Shown: positions 27,763 to 36,305, counted from the first letter of the stretch. The stretch: 51,408 bases of DNA from a virus (IMGVR_UViG_3300042923_000961:1-51408); one strand, 5' to 3'. The notes: generated from the letters alone by a model not told the origin. Numbers and translations: made by a program.

Positions 27763-29033
27763 CTCCTGCCGTAAAGCTTCTTATATCGATCAAGTGGACT
27801 AGCAACATTTCTGATATCTTCCATAGCGTACCGCATGGCGTCCATCAAGTGGTTGTATTCATCAACCGGCTTGTTGATTGCCTTACCATTGCTCTTGTCC
27901 TTATCCCAAACATAGTTGCCAAGCTCCGTCAGCACGTTCGTACACTTAGGATGGACAATCAAGTGATAGCCTTGGATCTTCTGAATGCCGTTCAGAATGG
28001 AATCCTTGCCCTTTTGAGCTTCCTTAATCCGATGAATGCCAAACCGCCGAATCTCTTCAATACTCTTAGGCTCAGCAGCATCAGCCACGATCTTTTCCTT
28101 GGCATAGCCCTTGTATTTAATACGGTCCGCAATGTCCTTGTTGACCATTCCTTGCTCATAGAATTCATCAAAGACATAGATTGTTTCCGCTCGCAGATCA
28201 ACAAGCATTGCAATAAATGCCGTAGGGTCGTTGGTATATCCGAAGTCAAGACCAAACGCTGACTTGATGCCAAGTCTTCGGGTAACCTCTGCTGGATCGA
28301 ATTCCTGCTCTTCGTAATTGTCGTAGATTGCACCTTCTGCAATACCCCATTCTCCGAGGCCTTCAATCTTGTACCTGCGTGGGTCTTTGACCTTCATCTT
28401 TTCAAAGAGATCGATGTCGTCCTGACCAAGAAACTCATTGCATCGGTAGTCGGTCGTCTTAGCCATCACATCAGAATCGGGAACATCAAAAAAACGCCGC
28501 TTCAGCCAGTGTTTTTCATTCCACGGGTTGAAAGTCAGCGTTATTTGTTTGAAGTATCCTGGTGGCAAATTACCACGAATACTCATATCCACTTTGTTAA
28601 AGGCATCTTCATCCTCGACCTGGTAGGCTTCCTCGAACCATGCCCAGCACAAGAACCCTGTTTCGACCGTAATTGAGGTTACAGACATTGGCTTGTCCAT
28701 GCCTCGAAACATGATCTTCTGTCCGGTCGGCTTATATCGCAGTTCCAATGGAGATAGGCTTGCTTGCCAGTATGCTTCAACGTGCAGTCGGTTGATTGCC
28801 CATTTAAGCTGTGCATAGGTTGAATCCTTATGGTCCTTAAAAACCTTACGGACAATCAATGCATTGGCTAGTGGATACTCCATAATGCGTTCGATGAAAT
28901 TGATTGCAGTCGTTACAGATTTTTTAGAACCACGACCGCCCTTGCATACGCGGTACCGGCCTTTGAAATTCCAATAGTCTTTATATCCACCGCCGACAAC
29001 GTCTTTTAAGCTGATCTCAATCATTGAGATCAT
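27759..29033 (-). CDS. Terminase large subunit (PBSX family)
   Basis: KGGRGSKKS, WFEEA, TFNP, GLDFGYTNDP, NHLMDAMRY. Confidence 0.95.
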   Translation of the reverse strand: MISMIEISLKDVVGGGYKDYWNFKGRYRVCKGGRGSKKSVTTAINFIERIMEYPLANALIVRKVFKDHKDSTYAQLKWAINRLHVEAYWQASLSPLELRYKPTGQKIMFRGMDKPMSVTSITVETGFLCWAWFEEAYQVEDEDAFNKVDMSIRGNLPPGYFKQITLTFNPWNEKHWLKRRFFDVPDSDVMAKTTDYRCNEFLGQDDIDLFEKMKVKDPRRYKIEGLGEWGIAEGAIYDNYEEQEFDPAEVTRRLGIKSAFGLDFGYTNDPTAFIAMLVDLRAETIYVFDEFYEQGMVNKDIADRIKYKGYAKEKIVADAAEPKSIEEIRRFGIHRIKEAQKGKDSILNGIQKIQGYHLIVHPKCTNVLTELGNYVWDKDKSNGKAINKPVDEYNHLMDAMRYAMEDIRNVASPLDRYKKLYGRR

Positions 29034-29673
29034 TCACGATCTTAACTGACTGTGCTCCGGTGATTTCAACTTTATCAGTAGGACGATAACCACCACGATC
29101 AAGAATGTCATGAAGGATATTCATCCGCATGGTCTCGATCTTTTCCCATGCTGCTGGCTTGATCAAGAACTTTGTAAGGCGATCGATTTCTTTATTCGCA
29201 TTTGATCTCTTTAGGGAAACAGGTTTTTGCTCCTTCAAAGCTTCATCCATTTTCTCCTTCAGTTCCATGAGCAAGGCTTGATTATCATGTTTCTTTGCCT
29301 CCCGCATTTGCCCCTCAATCTCAGCCACCTTACTGTTTGCTTCATCGATTGCAGGCTGCATGTCGATCAATGACTTCTGAATGTCATCTATCTCCTGCAT
29401 CGCTTGATTATGCTTTTCAATTTTCTTATCGACTTCATCCAGCTGCTGCCACAACTTCGCATATGCGATATTGCTGTCATGTTCAAAACGCTCTCGTAGC
29501 TTCGCCATTGCTTCGTCAATTTTTTTCGCGACCTTAGCATTTCTTAGCAACTTTGCACCGGTCACAGCTGCTGTTTTTTCACTGTAACCGGCCTTAATGA
29601 CCGCTTGCGTGGCATTAAATGACGTCAAGTACTCTCTTACAAATGCGTCTTGTCTAGGATTGAGATCGTTCAT
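29017..29673 (-). CDS. Terminase small subunit with long coiled-coil insert
   Basis: LNPRQDAFVREYL..FNATQA.IKAGYSEKTA N-terminus; DKVEITG C-terminus. Confidence 0.88.
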   Translation of the reverse strand: MNDLNPRQDAFVREYLTSFNATQAVIKAGYSEKTAAVTGAKLLRNAKVAKKIDEAMAKLRERFEHDSNIAYAKLWQQLDEVDKKIEKHNQAMQEIDDIQKSLIDMQPAIDEANSKVAEIEGQMREAKKHDNQALLMELKEKMDEALKEQKPVSLKRSNANKEIDRLTKFLIKPAAWEKIETMRMNILHDILDRGGYRPTDKVEITGAQSVKIVNDLND

Positions 29674-29703
29674 TCTACATCACCTCTACCTCCATTTTTT
29701 CAT

Positions 29704-29734
29704 AATAAAAGATCGGCAGTATTTGCCGACCTCT
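29704..29734 (-). terminator. Intrinsic terminator
   Basis: Minus strand GGTCGGCA-aatac-TGCCGATC TTTTATT. Confidence 0.7.
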
Positions 29735-29741
29735 TATATGT

Positions 29742-30167
29742 TCATTTTTTGATTAAAAATTTATAAATAGTTTCAATTGCTTCTCTGTATTCGCTTGGCC
29801 AACTTGTTTGAGCGTCCGAATCATCAATACTATCAAATTCCAATTTAGGACCATCTTGAGGCTCGACGATTAATCTGGCTTTCAACATGTATCTATCAGG
29901 AGTTTTAAAATCAATTTTCTTTATATTCAATTCATAAGACTCAATATCTATTCTTACATCATCTGCAAAATGAAGAACAAATATCTTTGTATCTGAAAAC
30001 ACGATGACTTCAGAATCTTTACTGTTGAAAAAGTTCTTAGGATAGAAAATTTTCATTTCATCTTTCAAGTAATTTTCAATCGACTGCAACAATTCTTCAT
30101 GATGTTTTGGATCAGCTCTAAATGAATTTATATACATATCAAAAAATCTTTTATAAGTAATTGCCAT
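29742..30167 (-). CDS. Moron protein, DUF3908-like
   Basis: GGAG RBS; FYPKN motif; AT-rich; has its own promoter and terminator. Confidence 0.65.
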   Translation of the reverse strand: MAITYKRFFDMYINSFRADPKHHEELLQSIENYLKDEMKIFYPKNFFNSKDSEVIVFSDTKIFVLHFADDVRIDIESYELNIKKIDFKTPDRYMLKARLIVEPQDGPKLEFDSIDDSDAQTSWPSEYREAIETIYKFLIKK

Positions 30168-30180
30168 GGCAATCATCTCC

Positions 30181-30229
30181 ATTCTGCATAATACCACTCC
30201 ATTCAACAAAATAGAACAATATTCCTGCT
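30181..30229 (-). promoter_or_regulatory. Sigma-H-type promoter, repeat copy 1
   Basis: Minus strand GCAGGAATA...GTTGAAT; 42/49 identical to 30474-30522. Confidence 0.65.
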
Positions 30230-30240
30230 TATTCTTAAAA

Positions 30241-30265
30241 TAAAAACACCCCCGAAGGAGTGCTG
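30241..30265 (-). terminator. Intrinsic terminator
   Basis: Minus strand GCACTCC-ttcg-GGGGTGT TTTTATTT. Confidence 0.7.
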
Positions 30266-30276
30266 ATAGCCAATCT

Positions 30277-30459
30277 TTATTCAATAGGCAACTTTTGAAT
30301 GTTTAAAAATGCTACACTCTCATAGTTAAAATTTCTACAAAGATTAGCTGCCATTATATGTAATTCATCTTTCCCGATTGAAGAATAAGTACTCGTGTAA
30401 TTATTATAAATATACGAGCTACCATCTTTGAGATAACCAATGTATGATACTAAGAACAT
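30277..30459 (-). CDS. 60-aa moron protein
   Basis: GGGG RBS then ATG at 30459; flanked by the promoter repeat and a terminator. Confidence 0.6.
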   Translation of the reverse strand: MFLVSYIGYLKDGSSYIYNNYTSTYSSIGKDELHIMAANLCRNFNYESVAFLNIQKLPIE

Positions 30460-30473
30460 CTTTATCGTCCCCA

Positions 30474-30522
30474 ATTCTGCAGAATACCAATCTATTCCAC
30501 AAAACAGGACAATTTTCCTGCT
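30474..30522 (-). promoter_or_regulatory. Sigma-H-type promoter, repeat copy 2
   Basis: Minus strand GCAGGAAAA...GTGGAAT. Confidence 0.65.
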
Positions 30523-30582
30523 ATTTATACAGGATAATGTGTGTGAATGAAGAATTATATGTTTGAAGGAGGTGAATTCACC

Positions 30583-30852
30583 ATGTCTAAAATTATAACG
30601 TATGATCTCGACTCGCCAGGTCAAGATTATAGTAAACTTATTGATGCAATTAAATCTTATTCAGATTGGGCAAAAATAAGTGAGTCTTGCTGGGTAATAT
30701 CCTCAGCAGATTCTTGTGTAACCATTAGAGACAATCTAAAGAATTACATTGACACCAATGACAAATTATTTGTCGCTACATTAAACGGAGAAGCTGCTTG
30801 GTCAGGAAGCATTTCTAGTACCGATGATGTAAAGCGGGTAATACAAAATTAA
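30583..30852 (+). CDS. Cas2/VapD-like ferredoxin-fold small protein (moron)
   Basis: AAGGAGGTG RBS; IITYDL...DY..L..AIK...ES.W pattern; downstream hairpin at 30863-30891. Confidence 0.7.
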   Translation: MSKIITYDLDSPGQDYSKLIDAIKSYSDWAKISESCWVISSADSCVTIRDNLKNYIDTNDKLFVATLNGEAAWSGSISSTDDVKRVIQN

Positions 30853-30895
30853 TTCTCGCTTTTCCCTGTGAGTAAATCATAGGGATTTTTTATTA

Positions 30896-30955
30896 CAGCA
30901 CCAACGGTGCGCCATATTCAGGATCTTGATCGGAGGCTGTTCTCAACTCCCCGAC
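30896..30955 (-). ncRNA. Candidate structured late-transcript leader RNA (copy A)
   Basis: Two predicted hairpins; homologous to 1329-1388; just downstream of the putative late promoter. Confidence 0.45.
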
Positions 30956-31021
30956 CTGCCTTCCATGGTAATAGAATATCACAGATTTTCAAGTCGAATG
31001 TGTTTTCATTGTGTACTCTTT

Positions 31022-31441
31022 TCATTCCGCACGAACAGCACGTGACGCTTTTCGGTATATCCTGTTGCTCACTCGTGCGCCAATCCTTCTAATCCAGTCG
31101 TAGCTGTACCCAAGTTCATGCGATATTTCTAGTAGCGACTTACCCTGCATCTGCAAAACCGCAACCTTGTAGTCAACGCCATCAAGTTCGCTGATCTTGG
31201 TCTCAAGCCGCTTCTTGCAATATTCCTTATCGTCCAGAACATTAAAAAGCGGGCGCAGAACATCATCGATTTTATATATTTCCTCAAGGGCACGATCAAA
31301 CTTAATTATTGCACGTACACCCATCTTCCAGTAATATTTTCGTTCGATTTCTAGCTGATGAATCCGCAGATAGAGACAGTCAATCTCACCGCACAGATCA
31401 TGATACATTTTGAGCGGCAGAAGTTCCGTAGCTGTTGTCAT
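31022..31441 (-). CDS. Late transcriptional activator (ArpU/RinA-like)
   Basis: C-terminal sigma-4-like HTH GKSLLEISHELGYSYDWIRR; last early gene before the packaging module. Confidence 0.7.
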   Translation of the reverse strand: MTTATELLPLKMYHDLCGEIDCLYLRIHQLEIERKYYWKMGVRAIIKFDRALEEIYKIDDVLRPLFNVLDDKEYCKKRLETKISELDGVDYKVAVLQMQGKSLLEISHELGYSYDWIRRIGARVSNRIYRKASRAVRAE

Positions 31442-31443
31442 CC

Positions 31444-31578
31444 TTATCGCCCCTTCCTGCGCAGCGCACCATGGCGACGTTCATAAATTGGTTGATCGAT
31501 GCCCATCAACTCTCGTAATTCACGTTTTGATATATAACGTTCCTTCTTAATCTTCTTTGGCTTATCATTCGATTTCAT
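31444..31578 (-). CDS. 44-aa basic phage protein (not in ORF track)
   Basis: AAGGAGG RBS; SKRELRELMG..QPIYERRHGALR. Confidence 0.6.
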   Translation of the reverse strand: MKSNDKPKKIKKERYISKRELRELMGIDQPIYERRHGALRRKGR

Positions 31579-31598
31579 AGCGCGCCTCCTTGTTTGGC

Positions 31599-31648
31599 AA
31601 ATAAAAAAGGACACCAATCAAGCGCGTTAACGCTCAATCAGTGTCCTC
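31599..31648 (-). terminator. Long-stem intrinsic terminator in the early operon
   Basis: Minus strand AGGACACTGATT...GATTGGTGTCCT TTTTTATTT. Confidence 0.75.
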
Positions 31649-31673
31649 AGGCTTTCCTATCTTGGACAGCAGA

Positions 31674-32441
31674 CTATTCTATATTAAACTCATTTTCGAA
31701 TAATTCTTCTCGTTTAATAGCTTTATTTCTCGTACACATTGAAGACTTTGGATTATTTCCTACTAAAATATAGTCTTTATTAATTGGATATAGAATAAAC
31801 CATGTTTCGTTTTTAAGTATAAATGTAACGTTTTGATTTTTATTGAGTCCTGAAAATTTTAAGGATGGGTATACAATTAAAGGTACTATTAGTGAAAATA
31901 ATAAAGATCCAATAATTTTACCTATTAGAATAATATTTTTACTTTCATCTAGCTTATCAAGTTGATGAGAAAGATCACTTAACATAAACAAAAAGCTCCC
32001 TATCAACGCTAAGATAAAGCAAGTGAAAATCAAATACTTCATTTGGTACTCTGTCATTTTTCTAGAGTGAATAATTAATTTAGCTGATATTTTTTTTAAA
32101 TCATCATAAATCATTTGATACAAGTATATTATTGAGGCAGTTAGCAATAAAATGAATGAAACCACCTCATAAAGAGCATGATTATAGAATAGATGTTCCA
32201 CCATAAAAAGCGAGATTCCAAACAATATTACAAAAACATATACAGATATAACAAGATACTTGAAAAAATTTATTAGAACCATTTTTTCTTTAATGTATAA
32301 TTTTTTCTCAAGTGTTGTAGCAGAGAATATAGATACAGGTCGTAATTTATATAAAAAAATTACAACAGAAGATGAAATGATAAATATTGTCGAGTTAGAA
32401 ATTCCAATTATCTTTAAAACACTAAAAAAAGATTCTTCCAT
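31674..32441 (-). CDS. AT-rich multi-pass membrane protein (moron)
   Basis: About five hydrophobic segments; very low GC. Confidence 0.7.
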   Translation of the reverse strand: MEESFFSVLKIIGISNSTIFIISSSVVIFLYKLRPVSIFSATTLEKKLYIKEKMVLINFFKYLVISVYVFVILFGISLFMVEHLFYNHALYEVVSFILLLTASIIYLYQMIYDDLKKISAKLIIHSRKMTEYQMKYLIFTCFILALIGSFLFMLSDLSHQLDKLDESKNIILIGKIIGSLLFSLIVPLIVYPSLKFSGLNKNQNVTFILKNETWFILYPINKDYILVGNNPKSSMCTRNKAIKREELFENEFNIE

Positions 32442-32458
32442 TTACCAATCACCAACTT

Positions 32459-32662
32459 TTAAAATAATTCATTATCATCATACTTTATTTTAGCAACTTT
32501 TCCCTTCGCTGTCTCGATTATTGTGAATCCGTGCTCAACCGCTTCGGTTACTTTCGCTTTACCTTGCACACCGTCTAGGATCACAATTAGAACTTTTCCT
32601 TGCTCCATCTTCTGAGTAACGCTCAGGTCTTGCAGATCTATCTTCATTTCTTTTAATCTCAC
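32459..32662 (-). CDS. XtrA/DUF3954-like small phage protein
   Basis: VILDGVQG...EHG.TII.T.KGKV. Confidence 0.65.
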   Translation of the reverse strand: MRLKEMKIDLQDLSVTQKMEQGKVLIVILDGVQGKAKVTEAVEHGFTIIETAKGKVAKIKYDDNELF

Positions 32663-32740
32663 GGTAATCCCTCCTGATATGGTAAAATGAGGTATCGGTT
32701 GATCGGGAGGGATCCCGATTTTTTATTAGGAGATGATACT

Positions 32741-32947
32741 TTGAGTGGTAAATCATTCTCTTGGTCGTTTTCCATCACATTATTTCTGTTGCTTATTTTT
32801 CATGCGCTTTGGCTCAAGATACTACTCATCTGTATAAGTGTCATCGTGTGTGCCTTAAAATTTTGGAAAACATATTATAAGAAAATCGCCATTGCTCAAG
32901 TGACGCTCTATTTATTTATTGTCTGTCTTGCCGCTATTGCGATTTAG
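32741..32947 (+). CDS. 68-aa hydrophobic membrane protein, antisense to the early operon
   Basis: AGGAG RBS then TTG at 32741; upstream TGGTAAAAT extended -10. Confidence 0.55.
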   Translation: MSGKSFSWSFSITLFLLLIFHALWLKILLICISVIVCALKFWKTYYKKIAIAQVTLYLFIVCLAAIAI

Positions 32948-32950
32948 GAG

Positions 32951-33301
32951 TCAACTGTTCAGCAATTCATGATTGATCTGCATCTTTACTCTCGCCTGTG
33001 CCTTTTTCCATTTTTCCGGTATCTCTTTTCCCTTCTGGTAAAGTCCATAATGGTACGGGCAGAAATCAATTTCACGGCCAACATTCTTAGCACAGTCCTC
33101 GCACATTGGTATATCGCAAGTTTCATAATCAGGACCATTATTTGCGCACAGCTGTTTATAGTCCCTCATGAAAATTTGTTGATTGGAATAGCCGATAATG
33201 TAATCACAGTACCTTGTCGCTGCTTTCTTCCCACATATGGCACATGGATTTTTAAATAAATCAGCATCGTTCACGTTTCCGCCTCCCGATCTTTTATGCA
33301 T
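32951..33301 (-). CDS. Cys-rich Zn-binding phage protein
   Basis: CAIC...CD...CD.PMCEDC...DFCPYH. Confidence 0.7.
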   Translation of the reverse strand: MHKRSGGGNVNDADLFKNPCAICGKKAATRYCDYIIGYSNQQIFMRDYKQLCANNGPDYETCDIPMCEDCAKNVGREIDFCPYHYGLYQKGKEIPEKWKKAQARVKMQINHELLNS

Positions 33302-33331
33302 TCAATTAGGCATAACGATTGGATCATGCAC

Positions 33332-33511
33332 TCATTCAACCTTGTTCTTATCCATAATAAAAAGCTTTGCGTATCTCAACTGTTGCTTAATATACGGATC
33401 GTCTTCTTGTCCGCCACCAGCTAGCCAATCACCAATTCGACTGTTAATGTCAGCAAGGGCTGCTGTAGGCAGCCGAGGTGCGATGGAAGCGAGTTCCTCC
33501 ATAGGTTTCAT
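33332..33511 (-). CDS. 59-aa phage protein (not in ORF track)
   Basis: ATGA overlap with the upstream stop; DINSRIGDWLAGGG..DDPYIKQQLRYA. Confidence 0.6.
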   Translation of the reverse strand: MKPMEELASIAPRLPTAALADINSRIGDWLAGGGQEDDPYIKQQLRYAKLFIMDKNKVE

Positions 33512-34419
33512 AGTCGCTCACCCATCTTCTCGAGCAAGCCGCTAACAGCGCTTGAATATTTTTTCTTCATATCTGCATCCGGTATGTCGTTTAAAGAAGT
33601 AAGCAGATCTCTAAATCCAGAAACCAGATGATCAAAGCATACTTGGAACTTCATAGCCTCTTTACCGCCAGGAGCAGATGCCTTTCGAAGTTCTGCTATT
33701 TCTGCAACAATTTCATCTGGGATTTTCTCAACGACCTTTGTTACCGGCACGTCGATTGGCTTTTCCTTCAGCTGTTTCTGCAGGTTTTTGTTCTGTTCAT
33801 TAAGTTCTTTTTGACGTTGTTCGCTGGCATCCAGTTTATCCTGAAGACTCTTGATTGCTTCATCATCACCAGTTACCTGCGCTGTTTTGAGCTGTTCTTT
33901 CAACTTGTAGGAAATCTCCAGCTGCTTGCTGAGCAGGCCACTTGTTGTCTTTAATTCTTTCTGACCCAGTTCTGCTTTTGCTGAAATCTTATCAAGCCGT
34001 ATCTGTAGTTCCTCCTTCTCCTTGATGGCTTTTTGCAGTTCTCGCGTAGACATTTCCTCAACATTGTTCTCCTGGACGAACGTTTCTCGTTCATCCTCGG
34101 GGACACTTAGCAATGCAACGGCTTGGGTATAGCTCAAATTCGCAAGCGATTGCGATTTTAAACTTGTCCCAAAAAGAGCCAGCTGATCATCTCCGTATTG
34201 CTGGAATACCTTCATCAGATTGTTGGCTGTGCGCTGTGAATAATCGACGCTCTCTTCTAACCACTTTCCCCACTCTCCATGCGGAAGCAATGACTTCGCT
34301 TCCGACAGGCGCCGTCCGATCTCAATGCTGTTTACGATCAGCAGCTTTCGCGTTTGCTCCTTGATGCTGTTTATTTCCGCTGCGATCATTACTGGTGTGC
34401 GTGTGGCCACTTCGTTCAT
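33508..34419 (-). CDS. DUF3102-domain protein (HTH-like plus coiled coil)
   Basis: IEIGRRLSEAK..LPHGEWGKWL...YSQRTANNLM; MSTRELQ. Confidence 0.85.
   Translation of the reverse strand: MNEVATRTPVMIAAEINSIKEQTRKLLIVNSIEIGRRLSEAKSLLPHGEWGKWLEESVDYSQRTANNLMKVFQQYGDDQLALFGTSLKSQSLANLSYTQAVALLSVPEDERETFVQENNVEEMSTRELQKAIKEKEELQIRLDKISAKAELGQKELKTTSGLLSKQLEISYKLKEQLKTAQVTGDDEAIKSLQDKLDASEQRQKELNEQNKNLQKQLKEKPIDVPVTKVVEKIPDEIVAEIAELRKASAPGGKEAMKFQVCFDHLVSGFRDLLTSLNDIPDADMKKKYSSAVSGLLEKMGERL
34136..34159. promoter_or_regulatory. 24-bp palindrome, intragenic copy
   Basis: AAATTCGCAA-gcga-TTGCGATTTT, encoding KSQSLANL. Confidence 0.65.
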
Positions 34420-35927
34420 ACCGCTATCACCTTTCTATCCGCTTTTTTCTTTAGTTTTGCTTGTGAAAACCGTTTCAGAAACTCCTCAACTTCCTTAGGT
34501 GGTTGCGTGTCATTATGCGCATACGCTTGACGAATCTGATTGTCTTTGACTTCAACCGTTACGTACGGAACATTTGGCGATGATTTCTTTCTGACGAACA
34601 AAATATTTGTCTTACCATCCGCATATTTTTCCGTATATGTTCCTACGCAATGATGTAGCTTTTCACCTTCATTAATTAGTTCTTTTGCACTCAAAGCTGG
34701 GCGGATCAACAATTTTCCTGATTCGAAAATGTACTTTTTATTAAGCAACCGAACTCGTTTACGAATCTTTTGCTCGATCAGCGCATCCTTTTTTAATTTC
34801 ACTTGTTTCATAAGGTTATTGTGTTGTCGGTGTAAATGCGGAGGGAAGTGAATGTATTCGTCATTCAAATCCATTCCCAACTCTCTGCCGAATTTGTAAT
34901 AATCATCAAGCATTAGAATGACATCTCTTTCAGAACGGAATCGCTTGTCCTTCTCCACTTGTTTCTTGACGTAGTTCAGTGTCTTCCGAAGTGTGAACGG
35001 CCGAGAAACCCTTCCCATATCGCGTGGATCTATATATTTGTTGGAAATTTCTATGGCCTCATTAATGCTGAACTTCGATCCATCTTTGACACCCATTTGA
35101 AGGTATTTCAAAGCCAGTAGATCTACTTTTTCTTTTGATTTGCAAACCGTTTTGACCATTTGTTTAGGGAGTTTAAGCACCTTATCAATACTCTTTCCCC
35201 GCCAATTGATCGCCGAATATGTGCTATTTCCATATAGCTTTGCCTCTATAGCTTCACTAAATCCAAGCTTGGTCAGGTACTCAACTGATGGATAAGCAGA
35301 AGCTAGGGAGAAGAATTTAACATGATCATTGTCGTAGTAATTTTCCCATTTACTGTATTGATACGGTGTATCCTTAACCGCGTTTTGAATACTTTCAAGA
35401 GACCGATAGCATCTAATATGGCTCATTGCAGTGCTTTCCAGTGAATAAACAGATCTATTTTTAATCCAGTTCTGACGATAGTCTGAGTACTCGTACATCT
35501 CTCCTTTATTGCCTGGATCAAACAGGTAAAGGGATCTCGGATAATATTTTGTTTCAACGCTCCGATAGTCTCTGGAATAATCTCGGTAGACAAAATATCC
35601 TCTAGCCACCATTGCGTTAGGACTGACTAGTGATTTTTCGTAAAAGACAAAATAGCCTCTGTCTTGAAGATATTTGTGCCCTCGTCCGCTGGCTCTCACT
35701 TGGCAATGTGATCCACATTGTCGACACTCGACAAATGATCCGTGACGTAATATCTCTTCATTTCGAAAATCCTGTTTGCAATGCGTGCAATATCCATATT
35801 GAAAATGTCCACGACGATATGTGAAAATATATCTGCTGCTCAGGAACACGACATCATCAACGAATTTTTTCATTTCCAAAGTAATCTTTGTGTTAAAATG
35901 TTTTCGAACCTTCTCAAATTCACCCAA
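34416..35927 (-). CDS. PcfJ-domain protein
   Basis: N-terminal CTHC/CRQC; ELINEGEKLHHCVGTY...ILFVRK...P.VTVEV. Confidence 0.85.
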   Translation of the reverse strand: MGEFEKVRKHFNTKITLEMKKFVDDVVFLSSRYIFTYRRGHFQYGYCTHCKQDFRNEEILRHGSFVECRQCGSHCQVRASGRGHKYLQDRGYFVFYEKSLVSPNAMVARGYFVYRDYSRDYRSVETKYYPRSLYLFDPGNKGEMYEYSDYRQNWIKNRSVYSLESTAMSHIRCYRSLESIQNAVKDTPYQYSKWENYYDNDHVKFFSLASAYPSVEYLTKLGFSEAIEAKLYGNSTYSAINWRGKSIDKVLKLPKQMVKTVCKSKEKVDLLALKYLQMGVKDGSKFSINEAIEISNKYIDPRDMGRVSRPFTLRKTLNYVKKQVEKDKRFRSERDVILMLDDYYKFGRELGMDLNDEYIHFPPHLHRQHNNLMKQVKLKKDALIEQKIRKRVRLLNKKYIFESGKLLIRPALSAKELINEGEKLHHCVGTYTEKYADGKTNILFVRKKSSPNVPYVTVEVKDNQIRQAYAHNDTQPPKEVEEFLKRFSQAKLKKKADRKVIAV

Positions 35928-35942
35928 TGTCAGCAGCTCCTC

Positions 35943-36305
35943 TCACATGAAGTCCTCAAGCTTCACGTCGAATGGATCCGCTTGGTGTTTCTGCTCTTTT
36001 TTGATTGGTTCTTGGACTGCCGGCTCTTGCACAGCCGGCTTTCCTTCTATTCCGAAGTACTTCAACACAATTTCAAACCCTTGTTCGTCCGTTAAAACGG
36101 CTACCCCGTCCACTTTTTTAAGAGACGCTTCATGCTGCATTACTTTGAGGCTTCCAATGATCGTCTTATCTTTGTGTACTACCTTATCCGCATCATCAGG
36201 ATGGTTTTCCAGATGACGTAGCAAAAATTGTCCGATCACTTGCACGTATGGATTCTTTTCCTTCTCCATTTCTACTTTGATCTTGTCGATCGCTTTATTC
36301 GGCAT
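35943..36305 (-). CDS. PcfK-like protein (family includes AcrIIA9)
   Basis: K..KT..G....M..EA......AVLTDEQGF.....YF pattern; upstream of pcfJ. Confidence 0.65.
   Translation of the reverse strand: MPNKAIDKIKVEMEKEKNPYVQVIGQFLLRHLENHPDDADKVVHKDKTIIGSLKVMQHEASLKKVDGVAVLTDEQGFEIVLKYFGIEGKPAVQEPAVQEPIKKEQKHQADPFDVKLEDFM

Noticed and set aside
30277-30624. 115-aa ORF as listed in the track
   Set aside because: Its 5' half overlaps promoters and the opposite-strand gene; only the 60-aa ORF from ATG 30459 has an RBS
31640-31672. Hammerhead-like words (GUC, GAAA, CUGAGGA) on the minus strand
   Set aside because: Order and spacing cannot form the three-stem hammerhead core; explained as the flank of a terminator
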